A DNA stretch of 62,029 nucleotides, filler included, from Choristocarpus tenellus KU-1152 (Eukaryota > Protista > Phaeophyceae): NCBI GenBank assembly GCA_964200185.2. It is 11 parts of 11 records of this genome, joined end to end, with 100 filler letters (N's around TTAATTAATTAA, not from the genome) between each part and the next. Parts side by side here need not be neighbours in the genome. Positions count along the whole stretch, not along the records: positions 20,425 to 27,539 come from CAXNAD020006670.1; positions 27,640 to 31,926 come from CAXNAD020015287.1; positions 32,027 to 40,656 come from CAXNAD020004513.1; 8 more parts are not named here. One strand, written 5' to 3'. Below, one piece after another: positions 24,301 to 38,300 of this stretch. Positions within the stretch are counted from its first letter, which is position 1; each line of letters begins with the position of its first letter. A program made the translations under genes and the position numbers. A model generated the notes under the pieces. It saw only the letters and a program-made list of their open reading frames with translations, was not told the DNA's origin and made no database searches.

Positions 24301-27241
24301 CACTGTTCAAAATGAAGGTTCTTTCTTCCAACATAATTCAGAAAATACCCTATACACATTTGTAAAGAAAGTCAAATTTTTCACATAATTTTCAGCATCC
24401 CTATAATAATGCAAATTTGGGTACCTCTCGTTTACTTTCACTCAAACCTTAACATTGTGTATTTGTTGAAGCTTGCTATTCCCAAGACGACTTCTTCACA
24501 CGAACCAAATGTTTTCAAGAGAAGTGTACGCGATCCTAGAAGCAAGGATGTAGAAAAATATTGTTCCAAATGTCATCAGAACAAAACGTGTAAAAAAAAA
24601 AAGTAAAATTGCACCCGAGTGGAAATGATTTCCCGAATGAAATAATTCTTACAGCTAACCATACATTCATCGTAATATTATTTCCCTGCTAAACTTGAAC
24701 ATCTATATCGAAGCATGCAGACAAACAGTAGTTAATACCCCAAATTTGGAGCCTAGAGCTGCATTTGCACTTCTGGTGACCTCCTAACAGCATCGTGCTT
24801 CCCTCTACGATCCTGCTTGAAGCAGAACTAACAAAGAGGGCCGATATGGGCAAAGGTGGAGCACAAGTGGAGCAAGGTTCCTAACAAGAAAGTCCCCATA
24901 TGCCAAGCTGCTGCTAGCCCTCTCAAATCATTGCTGTCAACTCTCAAGCATCGTTTGACCTTCTAGGGTCACCCCTTGTGAATAGGTCTCTCTTCTCACG
25001 GTGGATTAACCACCGAGTGCACTGGTTGGGGAAGAAAGCAAGTAGAAAAGAGGCATATACCTCACCTAGGAGGCACGATAAAGCCTCAAAATACTTTTCC
25101 ACTTCTTGTGCCTTATCGTTCCTGAACCTGAAGGTTTCAAAAAGGAAGCCCCGATGCCCTTTGCATGTTGATTCTCCTACTCCCTGATCCCCTTTCCGGG
25201 TTCCATCCATGAGGGAGGTACTCCAAGCAGGTGCACCCAGTCGTTGCCTCATCATTGCCATGGATTGTCGTGTGGTCTCCAGGGAATGTGATAAGTCAGT
25301 GTGGAGAATTCTCTTTGCTCGTCTTCTTTGCTGATTAGAAGAAAGAGCACGTGAGTGAACGGGGAGGGGGGGTAGTAATAATTGATATATAATCTATCTC
25401 AATTCCCGTTTTATACATTAGCTCATACGCAACTGCAAGGGGGTCATGATGGGCAGGCGAATAATTGTAAAGAATATGGTACACTTGAGTACGTATTCCA
25501 ACAATGACTCTAGCCCAAACCACTTAAATCAAAGACTTTAGCTCCTCGATATCTAAATTATATCAGTGGGCTGTACAGCTGTGGGGGTTAGTTGTGCCCT
25601 AAGAACTCGACTTAGTCAACTTCCTTCCAGTGCAACTTGTAATTTCACTCTCTGCTGACATACCTCCACTCGTTGAAGGAAGGTCTTCAGATCATTGAAA
25701 TCAATCTCTTCTTCGTCCCCATCTTCTTTGCACTTGACATCCATACTCCCAGCCTTAAGTGCGATTCTTGCCTTTATTTCAGATTCCCGAACCTGTGCAG
25801 ATGCCAACAACAAATGTGATTAAAGCAAATACAGGGCTGCAACAACATTACTGGATTGTTTTTTCAACATGCAGATTACAGGAACTCAATTGAGACCACC
25901 CCTTGAAGTAAGGTGAAAACAAGTCAAGTGAGGTTAGCTAAGTGACAACAAGTTTTGATGACCTCTGCACCTCTTACCACACCATCACTAGGTTTAAGGA
26001 CCAAGGAAGGTCATCTGTAGGACAAGCACACTAGTACTTGAACTAAAAACTGGAGGGGAAAGGGACTCCTGAAAGGACACATCAGTCCACATACTCTGTG
26101 AAAATGAAAGCCATCCTGTCTGTGTTATGGGCCTTGACAATTCCTATGCAATGAAACCCCTTCAACTGACTACTCTTGTGTGCTTAAACTGAACATATGG
26201 AAATACCCTCATTTTTTGCCTCAAGCAAGTACAACAGCAAACATTTAATCAAATTTGTTCATTTTATGCAAAGTGTGTTGACAGAAGAGTGTCAACAGAA
26301 GAGTAACACACCAAACAAATGCGATCTGTACCCAAGAAAACTCTCTACAACTGTTTCTGAAAGTACTCTAAGCTTCCCATCTCTTAAAGTCAATAGATTT
26401 CCATTGCGCGACTAGGTCATGTAGGAGCGGAGCCTCGATATTCTGTTAGGTCTGTCCCTGAATGCCTTGTTCTTGACTTGGTTAATGCTAAAAGGACATT
26501 AAAAAAAATCGTTGACATCCTATAATTAAAGAATTTATGGGGGGAAATGCAATGAATCCCACGCATATTATCTACTCAATGTCAGGTAAACTATTATGCA
26601 TGGTACTGAGTTATTCCAACGTATATCGAAAAGAGCTTATGTGAAAACGAGCTTATCTTGTCCTCCTGCCCACCTTCCCTCCCCTATCAGCAAAAAGGTG
26701 GGTCTGCCAGAAAACTCGCCTTGTACTCTAGGGTGCACGCCACTAAAACATACTTTGGAGTACACAGAATTTACTGCTTGAATATTCTGACTTTTTCTCC
26801 AAATACACCTTTAAATGCAAGCGGGAGATTTTCCTATTATTCAACTCTGTACAAGGGTGTAAAACTTCTGGACAACTTTTCATTTGAGATTTTCTACCAG
26901 TACTTTTTGAAGTCCAGAAACCTGGGTATTTTCAAAGCATAATTTTATGCATGTCAGGCACATAGTTATCAAAGGAACTCAATGCACCAAGGCAGATCAC
27001 AAGGTACTTCACACCTACTAGAACGGGACGATCAAGAGTAATATGTAGCTATGCTCTGACTACCTGGTCCACAGCCGTCAAAGCCAGGGCAACTTGGTCC
27101 CTGTGTTCCACTATCTCAGCCTCTGATCTCCTCTTTGATACCTCTGTCGCTTCCTTTTGTGCTGTCACACGAGAGACCACTTCCTCCTGACTTGCCAGCA
27201 ACATACAAGTCCTCCTCAGAGCTTCTTTCACATCAATGGTT
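21311..27241 (-). CDS. Partial multi-exon hypothetical protein (charged, helical); candidate exons 27241-27064, 25792-25664, 25330-25061, about 24055-23990, about 23428-23280, 22641-22558, 22022-21925 and about 21551-21311
   Basis: Series of AG/GT-bounded open segments on one strand (e.g. TIDVKEALRRTCMLLASQEEVVSRV, VRESEIKARIALKAG, QRRRAKRILHTDLSHSLE); some phases unresolved; no family recognised. Confidence 0.5.
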
Positions 27242-27416
27242 CTGGAGGGAAACAGGAAAGGACCAAGAGTATTGCTCATGCGTTTGAATATTTGCATGCC
27301 TTTGTGATTGCCACAGTGACATGCGGACATGAGTAGAAGTGTAGCTTTTCGAATCTTGTGTCTCACGAAGTAAAGGTGTAATGACCTACATCATCATTTT
27401 GTGGATAGGCATAGTA

Positions 27417-27539
27417 GAGTGAAAGTATCTTAGAGGGTACGAGTTTCTCCCTGTTTGTCCATTTGGGCCTTGGCTTCCCACTGGTTTTAAGGACATTCTA
27501 CCTACTCCAAAATGTTTCGGAGTAGGTAAAATGCCTACG
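27417..27539. mobile_element. MITE family A, partial, at contig end
   Basis: GAGTGAAAGTATCTTAGAGGGTACGAG running into the gap. Confidence 0.8.
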
Positions 27540-27639
27540 NNNNNNNNNNNNNNNNNNNNNNNNNNNNNNNNNNNNNNNNNNNNTTAATTAATTAANNNNN
27601 NNNNNNNNNNNNNNNNNNNNNNNNNNNNNNNNNNNNNNN

Positions 27640-27757
27640 CATTTTTGTGTGTTTTGGTTGCATACGTCGGATGGATAATGTAAATGCACTTTTCCTGATT
27701 TGGGGCCAAATGGACACCCTGGTGTCGACTTCCTCCCCCTCCCAGATACTTTGGGTC
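27640..27757. mobile_element. MITE family B, partial, at contig start
   Basis: Ends CCCAGATACTTTGGGTC; aligns to 59220-59330. Confidence 0.8.
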
Positions 27758-27888
27758 ACTTTTTCCCGTACTTCATACCAACAACTTCAACTCTAACACC
27801 CTCAGCGACAACCACGTCTTACTACATACAACATTCAACACATCCACACAAACAAACGAAGTGTTAGATTTAAACTGTACATGATACA

Positions 27889-28138
27889 GAGCGAAGGTAA
27901 CTTAGAGGGTACGAGTTTTGCCCTGCTTGCCCCTTTAGATCATGGCTTCTAACGGGTTTTTTTATGACATTTTACCTACTCCGAATTTCGGAGTAGGTAA
28001 AATGTACACTTCGTGAAAAGATGTGTCTGGATCAAGGATATTGACACTCACTAACAAACACGATAGCCAAAACTACATCAAAATCACAATTTTGGTGTTT
28101 GACCACCATTTCGACACCGCTCTAAGACACTTTGACTC
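27889..28138. mobile_element. MITE family A, near full length
   Basis: GAGCGAAGGTAACTTAGAGGGTACGAG ... CTCTAAGACACTTTGACTC; central palindrome present. Confidence 0.82.
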
Positions 28139-28199
28139 CTTATGTTTTGGTTCCTGGTGCACACGCCGGGAGAACAGGCCCAAGCTGACAGTCCTCTTT

Positions 28200-30393
28200 A
28201 TGTATGCACCAGACACGACCAATGCAAGCAAATAAACGAAAAAAGCTACCTCGCAACAGCCCATATTATTTTTTTCAATTCCTCAAAAACAGTGGGAAAA
28301 CACACCCTACCCTCTTCAACTGTTTGCATAGAAAGACAGGTGCATCCTCTAAAATGGAAGACAGTGGCTCCAATGCCCTCTCGTCTTCACTAAAACCCAT
28401 CCTACACAATAGTTTACCGTGCGACAGAACCCGTCAATCATAGTACATACATCAATATTTTTGGGGGCGACACACACCAAGCATTTATCAACTGTTTCCA
28501 AAATTCAGATGAAGGCGCACACTCTACCGTACAGTAGACTACCTCAATCCACGTCATCCTATGTGCTTCATGGGATGTATTCATAACCTTTTTGATGTCG
28601 CTCGCAAGTGTCCGAATACACAAACCGCACTTTTTCAGGATATTTTAACCGGAGCGGATTCGGTTCTTGATGTCTCCAACCCACCCTTGTCAACGTGTTG
28701 AACGCTGTGTGTCACCCAACACGAACACTTCATGACCTAATATTGTGCACACCCCCCTCATCCGAATGAAGTGGCAGTGTTACCAATGTTCGCATAACCC
28801 TACCTATTGTGGGGCTCCGAAGATGGTATCTCCCCTATGCACTGCAAGGTAAAACCCATAATTTGATTGAAATACGAGGACTTCCAACCCAGGGAAAGGC
28901 AGCGAATATGAAAGTGTGCAAGAGAGTTTTAGCTAGTTTGTTGAGTTTCAAGGATTTTTAAATAGCACTCAGTGTTCTTACAATCATGAGTGTTTGAGTT
29001 GCAGAGAATACAAGAGGACAATGGATAGCATGGTAGAGATACACAAGAGAAGGCCAACTCACTAACTTTGTGGGGATGAGCCCTCTCAATTCTACTCCCT
29101 AATCTTCGAGACGCAGTTCCGAGTTCAAACCATGGCATTATCCTTCCGAGAAAAAATTATAATCCAAAAAATTGTCCAGTGGCAATTTCGCAGAATAATT
29201 ATTCGGGAAAGGGGATGGTACAACAGGGAATCAATGCTGAACGGATTTTCTATTATTTAATAGAGCAACCGTCATCACGTCAGTGCATCCATCACAGATA
29301 CCATGACAAACTGCACGGTGGCGAAAATGTTGTTGATATCGTGGCCCAATTCACCATGAAATAATGGACCAAACACACCTAGCTAATGCAACTTAATTGC
29401 AAAGGAAACAAGCGTAGACATTAAAAAATGCACGAGAATTCTGGAGCATATGCCCGTGTTTCGTTAAAATGACTTTAGAAGTAAAGGAGCGCATGAATTC
29501 ACAAAGTATTGCACAACCACCTTGGGACATGACACCTCACCACAATTTGAGACATGTGGCAAGGAGCAGGAGGTTGCAAAGAGAGATAAGGTGCATCCAA
29601 TGCATGCACATGCCAGCCAATATAGCCACTCTGCAAGTTGGACATCAAGTTCAATCACAGTCCAGGGTAATGTCACACCAAGCAAGAAATGAACACTACG
29701 TGTGATACATAACAAAAATATGCTTTGTTTGTCCAAGCACTAATGTCTTGTTGCACTTATGTCTACCTATATGCCTGCATTCTGGCACACGCACGATAGC
29801 GTTTCCCTGTGCAGGGACTTGTAGTACGACTAGCATGCAGTTACCTGTTGCCCGCTTTATCTCATACTAGTCTGCTGTATCCTACAGCGGTAGCATTCCT
29901 TGGTGCACAAAAGAGCTTTGGACTCTTAGTGCAAGCTATCCCATGCATCAAACTTTACTACCCCTATTTTGTGGCATCATGTGCCTTCAAAAAGAGGTAA
30001 CACCATTGATGGCCAAAAGATGCATCTTGTGTGTGTGTGTGTAAACCATCAGGCAATCATGTTAGTCGAGGCTCACCTCTCTTCCCAACCTTTCTTACAG
30101 GAGGCGCGATTTGATCCACAAAAACACAGTCAGGCATTATGTCATCACCACTCCCCCACCCCCAATCCATCTCCCAGCACCCACCCAGAGGTAGTGCACT
30201 TAGTCACTGGACTGCGACAACACCAGCCATTCTGCTACACTGATAGATCACTACTACAATGAATGTAGTTCCTCCCATTACAGCCCTGGGGGTGCAGCAT
30301 GAGATTCTTACACCCAGTGACCAGAGCATTGGCTAACACATCTCTTCTCAACAAAAAACCAAATAATAAACCAACAAGCAGGCGTTCTGGACA

Positions 30394-30433
<40 letters not shown>

Positions 30434-31360
30434 ACCACACAAAAAACACAACCACCACANNNNNNNNNNCCCCTCGCCCCGACATTCCTAAATCAGAGGA
30501 AAACCACACCATCCTAAAAAGTTCGTCCCCTCGTCTCAAGTGCACAAGTTAGCACCAGCCCTCCCATGCATCCTCACAAGACCTCTTCCCCTACTCATTG
30601 GCAATAAAAACTCTTTGCTTATCCACCACCTCTTCACAGTTAAGGTCACGGCACAGGTAACCAGTCCAGCCTCTGGCAGCGAGGAAGCCTCTTAATCTCT
30701 TGTGTGAAGACGTTGCCTAGTATCTGTGTAAAATAAAAACATTCGTAAGGTGAACAGTAGGCACTCTAGGGGCGGGGTTGTTGGGACTACATCAATCTTG
30801 TCGTTGGATTCATTCCAACAATAAATATGAGGTGATTATGAAGGCCTCTAAAGGCAAACCTAGATGTGTAATTTATTATCCGTATCATCAAACACGCCCC
30901 CCCCCCCCCCCCCCCCCCCCAATACAACAAAAAAAAAAAAAAAAAACCATTTATTTGGTGGCACCCACCCCGCAAAACAACCTAGGTGTGTAATTTTTTA
31001 TCCTTATAATCAAACCACCCCCCCCCCCCCCCATACAGATTTGATCAATGAACTAGAAAGGCCTTGCATTTGCTGTGAGTACCTCATCCGAGTAACCAAC
31101 ACCTGTACGTAAAACATGGACACATTCCAGTCACCTACTACCAAACCAGCCATCTGGACAAACCATTCCAAGTCACTTTCAATCCCATGCATGTGCCAGC
31201 TTACATACACAAGCAACAGGAGCACAAAAAGCCAACGGCGCCCCATTCCACCACGCTTCAAGATCCAACAAAAATATTGGGAGAGGGGGTGAGATGAAAA
31301 ATATGAGCTAAGCTCTCCTTCGCAATCATTACAAAGAGGGCACAGGAGAGGTTCTAGGCC
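28200..31360 (-). pseudogene. Decayed LINE ORF2: AP-endonuclease remnant (about 31360-30780) and RT remnant (about 28640-28200)
   Basis: LVVGDWN and WNESNDKIDVV (APE-like) lie upstream of ASDIKK, PPKIL...GSVAR and LKRVGCVFPLFL (RT domains 3-4-like), in the expected order on one strand. Confidence 0.5.
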
Positions 31361-32305
31361 CAAATCACCCTAGTGGTATTCTGCAACACAGATATCTTCC
31401 GACTGGAGACGTTGCTTTCTTGCGCCACGAACCCTAACCCTAACCTCTAGGGTTTTGGTATGATTACCCACTCCACTCCCAAGTAACAAAAACAAACAAG
31501 TCCACTAGACCATAAAAGAGTTGATTACAGCTCACAGGTACAGAAGCAGTAGGCCTAGAGCTAAGATTCAGAACAGATTACACTTTCTATCCCAAGGGAG
31601 AACATAACAGGGAGATAGAGAGAGGGCAGGGGGGGATGGGGGACTGTCGTACCTGAGCCAGTAAGACCTACGGCGGATCCAGTTGTAGTCTGGAAGCTCA
31701 TGGATGGGGCCTACAGCAGCAAGTGCATGGTCCTGATCATTGATAAACTCCATTGCTGTCTGAAAGCATGAATACCCAACCGGGTCAAAAGGGATGCATG
31801 GACAACAAATCAGGGCCAGGGCATAGCAGGGGGGGGGGGGGGGGGGGGCCCACGGGGGGGAAAAAACAGAGGGGAGGAGGGGGGGGGGGGGAAAGGGGGT
31901 AGATGGCGGGGGGGGGGGGAGCATTANNNNNNNNNNNNNNNNNNNNNNNNNNNNNNNNNNNNNNNNNNNNTTAATTAATTAANNNNNNNNNNNNNNNNNN
32001 NNNNNNNNNNNNNNNNNNNNNNNNNNAGAAGCGGTCACAATGACATCATTACCCCCCCCCCCCACAAGCATATGACAACAATAAATAATGATACAAGGTA
32101 GACAAAAGAGCATGAGGGGGGTTCAAAGGAAAAAAATTAAGATTGAGAGATAGGAATGAAACATGGTGTAGAAGTTCAAGCACTACTACACAATACTTTA
32201 AATGTACACAATACTTTAAATGTACTCAATATTATTTTGGTACAGTACTAAGGTGATACAGCACTAAGGTGGTACAGTCGTTCCACAAACAGCAGCTAAA
32301 CTCAC

Positions 32306-35300
32306 CTCCATGATAGCGCCCTTATTGACCAGCAGGTCCAACAGGACCAATAGCTTCTTGTCATCAAGGGGGAGGAGACCCTCATATCGGAAGGTTACAT
32401 TACGTCCCACAGTGTCCACAATCTGACAAATAATGTAGTAGATAATTTATATACATACATTTTACACACAACAAACACACAGTAAATGCAGATTAAGGTT
32501 AAGGTTAGGGATAGGGATAACTTTGTACTTAGTATCATATTGTATTGTGCAAACAGTAAAGGATGCACTTGAAGCAGAGGTGTGCTTAGCACTTGGGTAC
32601 CAGTACCTTGGTACTAGAAATCAACTTGTGATACAGTCCAGATTGTCTAAGAGGTAATAGTTAATAGTTAATAGTTAATAGGAGTTGGCATGAGATAGCA
32701 CTGTAAGTATAGAATAGAGTCAACAATAGGAGGAGAAGAGTCGGTGGTTCCATTCTGTTCTAGAATAAAGTAATAATGTACCACAAAACATAAATATTAA
32801 CATAAATATTAACATAGATATTAACATAAATATTAACACTAATATTAACATAAATATTAACACTAATATTAACATAAATATTAACATTAATACAACAAAG
32901 GATTGTCCGTAGGCTAGGTTGAACAGTCAGAACCTTTGACAACTACAAGCACGACAAACTCAATAAACAATCACCAAAGAGTACACTACCCTCAGGCAGA
33001 TACCTCAAGTACCAACACCACACCTACTAACCAGCTCCAAGTAGAGTACTCTTGAACACACACTTCTTTGTGTTACAGATGCTTACATTAACAATGGTAT
33101 CTAGTACTAGCATTCCACAAGTACACTAACTAGTACCACTATAAAATACTTGCAGTGCCTTAGTTCATAGTTCATAGTTATTAAACACTCTGGAGTACTA
33201 CGTAGTAATACACTTCAAAAACAAAAAGGTAATATTTTGACCAAAAAAAGGTACAATGACATGCAGGCTTTGTCAATGGTCCAAAATGATGTCCATACTT
33301 GTGGTCCCTACCCTTCAAACTTTATATGACTGAGTCTCCTATCTCTCCAACAAATGAATACCACAGCTTAGCAATTCAGAACATGAACAGACGCCTCTAC
33401 AATCTAACTCCCTACTTTTTCCAACCCATCAATTCAATCAACATTTGTTTCACAGGTTAGGTGAGGGGAAATTGTCCTCCCTTTGTCCGCTGTTGTCACT
33501 CCAACTTAGGATTAGGGTACCAATAGCTTTGTAGTAACACAGGACTGCTAGAATAAGGGTAAATATAAAAAAATATTTTGGTTTAAGAGGCTTCTCTCTC
33601 TCCATCTCTCTCTAACCCCAATAATAAAAAATGTATCAATTTAATAGACTAAAAAATAAATATTTTTTGTTATTATTTTTAACCATAGTCCAGAACAATA
33701 AAATACACTCTGGATGGGTAAGAACAACTCAACTCTCAAAACAAAAAATAAAAATAAAACAAAATGGAGTTACAAAAAAATTACAACACAAGAACAACAA
33801 ATTCCATTTGTATTCGATATATATATATATACATACGTATTTCAAGGCGCTCCTGAGCACAAACCTTTGTGTAGAACTGAGTGACATATAGCTCCACAGC
33901 CTTCCTCAACCTCACTTCTGGAATGGCATCTGCACACAGGAGCAACTCTGTCACCTGCACACACAGGCAAACAAACATGCAAGGTCAATAGAGCAGCAGC
34001 ATTGAAACAAACAGGCACCCTCCCCTCCTCTCCACACACATACAATGAAAATGTGACATCATGTGCAAGGGTATCCTATGTGTTACAGTTACACAACCCA
34101 CAATCAGGAAAAAAAGTACACGTCACGACAAAACAGGATCAAAACACTAGGATAACGCCATCCTCACCAATAGAACTCCTCAGTGTGCAGCACAGCAAAT
34201 GGCAACAATCCTCAATACCCCCCCCCCCAAAAAAAAAAAAAAAAAGAAAAAAATAAATAATATAATAAGTATTACTAAAACAAAAAAAAAAGGGNNNNNN
34301 NNNNAACAAATGGCAACAATCCTCAATACCCCCCCCCCAAAAAAAAGAAAAAATAGTACCATATTATTAATATAATAAGTATTACTAACACACTAGTGAG
34401 AGGGTTGAGGTGTTACATACTTACCTAAAATAAAAGCACAGTAAAAGTTGTTTCACTCGATCTATCACCTAAAATACATAAAACAGTGTGATCAATTCAA
34501 CAAAAAACGTTTTCAGATCATTCCTTATCTACTATGTGAACACATATGTATGCATACAATATACACCCCCAATTCCCAATGCAGCATACTATGTTCCACT
34601 TGTAACAAATAATAATAACATACTATCGAAGGTGAGCCGATAGAGATCATATCATGATTATGTCATGATTGTGTCATGATTATGTCATCCCTGTATAATA
34701 CACACAATACACACACACACAATATTTTCTGAAAACACACATACTATTACATTTTGGGATTGCTTCTCATTCTGGAATAAAGTACTAAATCAAATACTGC
34801 ACCATTTTAGGGTTAGGGGTACGATAATATATCCTCACAGTCATGCACACCCAGTACATCCTCTATTCTTCATCCCAAAGCAACCTTCAAATAGACCTCA
34901 CTTTGTGTTGCTATACATTAAAAAAAAAATTGCACATCATTACAATGTCCACTTGATTACACTCCCATTCTAATCTCAAGTAAAATATTTCCTTTCTATA
35001 TTATTATTCTTTCCATGTCACCAGAAATTCAAACACAAGGACACACTCACTTTTATATAACAGTAAGTCATGTATACTATGCCCACTGACATTTTGCATT
35101 ACCTTCCATAATAAAAATGAAAATAATGTAATAGCAATAATGTTAATAATAAAAGGATAATGATAACAACAAATACAGTGATAAAAATATAAATAGTAAT
35201 ACCTCCCCTTTCCATTTGAACAAAAACCACACCTCCACAGACACCATCAATAATACACATATCCAAATGTATACATATCCTTCCAACCCCTTTGTTGAGT

Positions 35301-38300
35301 GAAAAGAAAGAGGTCACCTCTCTCTTATTAATAGAGGCCTGTCTCAATCAACTTCAACCATCACCACCACCACCACCGCCATCTCACCTTCTTATCCATA
35401 GTCTTGACAAGTTGCTGCACCTCTTGAACACTCCTGGTTAGCCCTCTAGCAACTTCACTCTTCTTCTTCCCCTCTTCCCCTTCAGCCCTCGGGTGATGAT
35501 CCTCCTCCTCCTCCTCACTGTCACGGTGGTCTTCCTCTACCTCCAGCAAGAGGCATTGTCTTTTTGACTTAATTAAACACACACAACAAGCAAACAACAG
35601 GGTTTCAATGACGTAAAGGGCGTGTGCATTCCCATCACACGAAACACAAAGAGTTTGAATCAAAAGAATAACTCCAACCCTAACACTAATAGTACAACAA
35701 AAAGAATTAAAAATATAAATAACATGGACTGGAGTGTAATGGCAACAGTGACATAACCCATGGTTTGCTACTTAAATGCTGCAGTGTGATTGGTGCATAG
35801 ATACAGTAGTGGTAGAGTCAGTGCATCTACTCAAAGGTCAACCAAAAGAGGTGACTGTTGAAAGGACCTCAAACCTTTTTCTTTTTCCAAAGGGGTTAGC
35901 CAATCAAAACCAACAGTAGTGTGAACAAGACAAGTTGTCAAGTCCAAAAAAGGCAGAGAAAATACTTTAAAAGATAATGGGATTTTGTTGGTAATTAATA
36001 TATCAAGATTGTCATACCCCGCCACCCCCCCCCCCCCCCCCCTTGTAACCTCAATATTTACTTGAAAAGATCAGAAAGAACATCGATACTATGTAGAATA
36101 TACATTATAAAACATCAATACTATGTACAATATACATTATAAAACATCAGAATGGTTCCACCTATAGATCTTTTGGAAGAGCTATCTCCTAGGTTGCTCT
36201 AACTTCATCCAACCAGTCAATTAGTCAAATCAATTAGTCACACAAACAAAAACAGCAGGGTCTTGGTGAATCCATAAAAAGCTAATAGATTAAACAACCT
36301 CCCTCCCGATCCTCCCTCAAGAACCTCCTTGCGTGATCTTAAAAGTAACTAGGATATCCTCTCCCCTCAACAACAAATGTAACTACACATTGTGTAAATA
36401 AAAAAACACTAAAAACAAACAACCACAGTATGTAAATATAGATAAACCAAAACAAATTCATATTTTTGAAATGCCTGAAGGTACTTGAGTGATCACATGC
36501 GAGGGTAAAACGATATTCATTTCTTTTTGTGACTAAGCAATCATTTTCATCCCCCCTATAACCCTGGGGTGGTTTTTTCTGTGTAAGTAGTTATTGATCT
36601 AACAGCTTCTGTTTATTTATTGTTGCAGTCTGTGTGTACTCTATTTTACTTGTAGATGTGATGCGACCGACTCTTGTCTTCACCCAATGAGTATCAACAC
36701 TCTTGGAATATACTACACCTTGTTTATATTATTTGTATGATTTTTATTATTTTTGATGCCAAGTGTAAGTACAACACATACAATTTACAAGCACCACTAT
36801 ACAAGTACCACTTTACAAGCATGACATGACTTCACTTTTTGGGACAGTTACACCAACCCTTTTCGTAAACAGTCATGCCACACTCACCCCAAGGTTGTAC
36901 CACAACGTTGTGATCGTTGACCTATTACTACTACTACTACTAATAATAATAATAACAATTGTTACTGGTAAGGGCTAATATTCACCAGAATGGACAAGTT
37001 CATCTGGCACGACAGTAAGGCAGGTCATGTCCTTAGCAAGAACAAAAATAATATTAATGTTATTCGTATGTTATGTCCTTGACTAAAGATGTCTCATACA
37101 AATAAAGTAAACTGTTTCATGTTAATTATTATTTTTTCAATAGCGGAGACTATGTATAAAAAATTTAAAACTCTATTCAAGTTCACTACTATTGTTAATG
37201 CTGACAGTGACCAAAGTGGACGATAAATATATCATATATATTATTACATAATAAATGCTTCCAATTATGAAATTATTTATTCATTACTTCCCAGCTATAT
37301 TTTTCTTAGTGACTCTTTCATACTGCATAGTAAACAATAAAGTGTTTTTTAGTAATTAGGTCAACTCAAAATCCAAAACTGCTGGGCAAGGAGTTTATTT
37401 ATTTCTTGATATTTTCATCAGTACATACATGGGTTAGTGTTAGGGATATTCAATGAATATGAATAAGAAAAGCAATACCTTTCCCCACTGATAAATGCAA
37501 GGGTTAGGGATATTGAATGCATACCTCGTAAGCAATACTATAAAGAAAAAATAGATACTCCAACAGGTCATATAACAACAGTCCTACATAAATACTCTCA
37601 GTTTTTCCTATCAGAGAGAAGACTTAATTCAACAACACTAAAAAATAATATTTGTAGACTTTGATCTCTGTGGTGACATTGTTTTTCATAATTATCAATT
37701 TAGTATTTTTTTTCTATTGAAAATTAAAAGAAAAAACTCACATACTTCTAATATATTCATAAACACATATGTTTACTAATCCATACACCAAACTCTGCAT
37801 ACCACTCAGCAAAATGCACCAAAACAATAATGAAAAAACCAAAGTACTTCAAACTTTGTACATATCACCACCACATAGTACATGCATCTTCTGGTGTCTC
37901 TTCAATCACAAAAAAATCTAGAACAAACAGGAACAATGTAGCAATAGTAACATATTAAACAATGTAGTAGTAGTAACATATTAACCAATGTAGCAGTAGT
38001 TACATATTAAACAATGTAGCAGAAGTAACATATTAAACAATGTAGTAGCAGTAACATATTAAACAATGTAGTAGCAGTAACATATTAAACAATGCAGTAG
38101 CAGTTACATATTAAACAATGTAGTAGCAGTTACATATTTTAAAACAAAAAATAATAGTAAAAAAACGAATGGTTCCAATAATATTAAATTAAATTATAAC
38201 CAATATGGTACTAACAATGTAATCCACTGACCTCAATCTCCACCTCCTTGACCAACATGCCCCAGTCCCCCTTCCGTACAGCCACTGGCCATGGCAACGC

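Noticed and set aside
30395-31030. Long poly-C/G tracts as G-quadruplex elements, and nearby short duplications
   Set aside because: They sit beside gaps and contig ends and look like low-quality sequence; lengths are unreliable. The same applies at 31830-31920, 40757-40796 and 52420-52490.
34195-34390. Duplication across a 10-N gap
   Set aside because: Most likely an unmerged overlap between scaffolded contigs.
37932-38139. 26-bp repeats as a CRISPR array
   Set aside because: No spacers; an intronic minisatellite.
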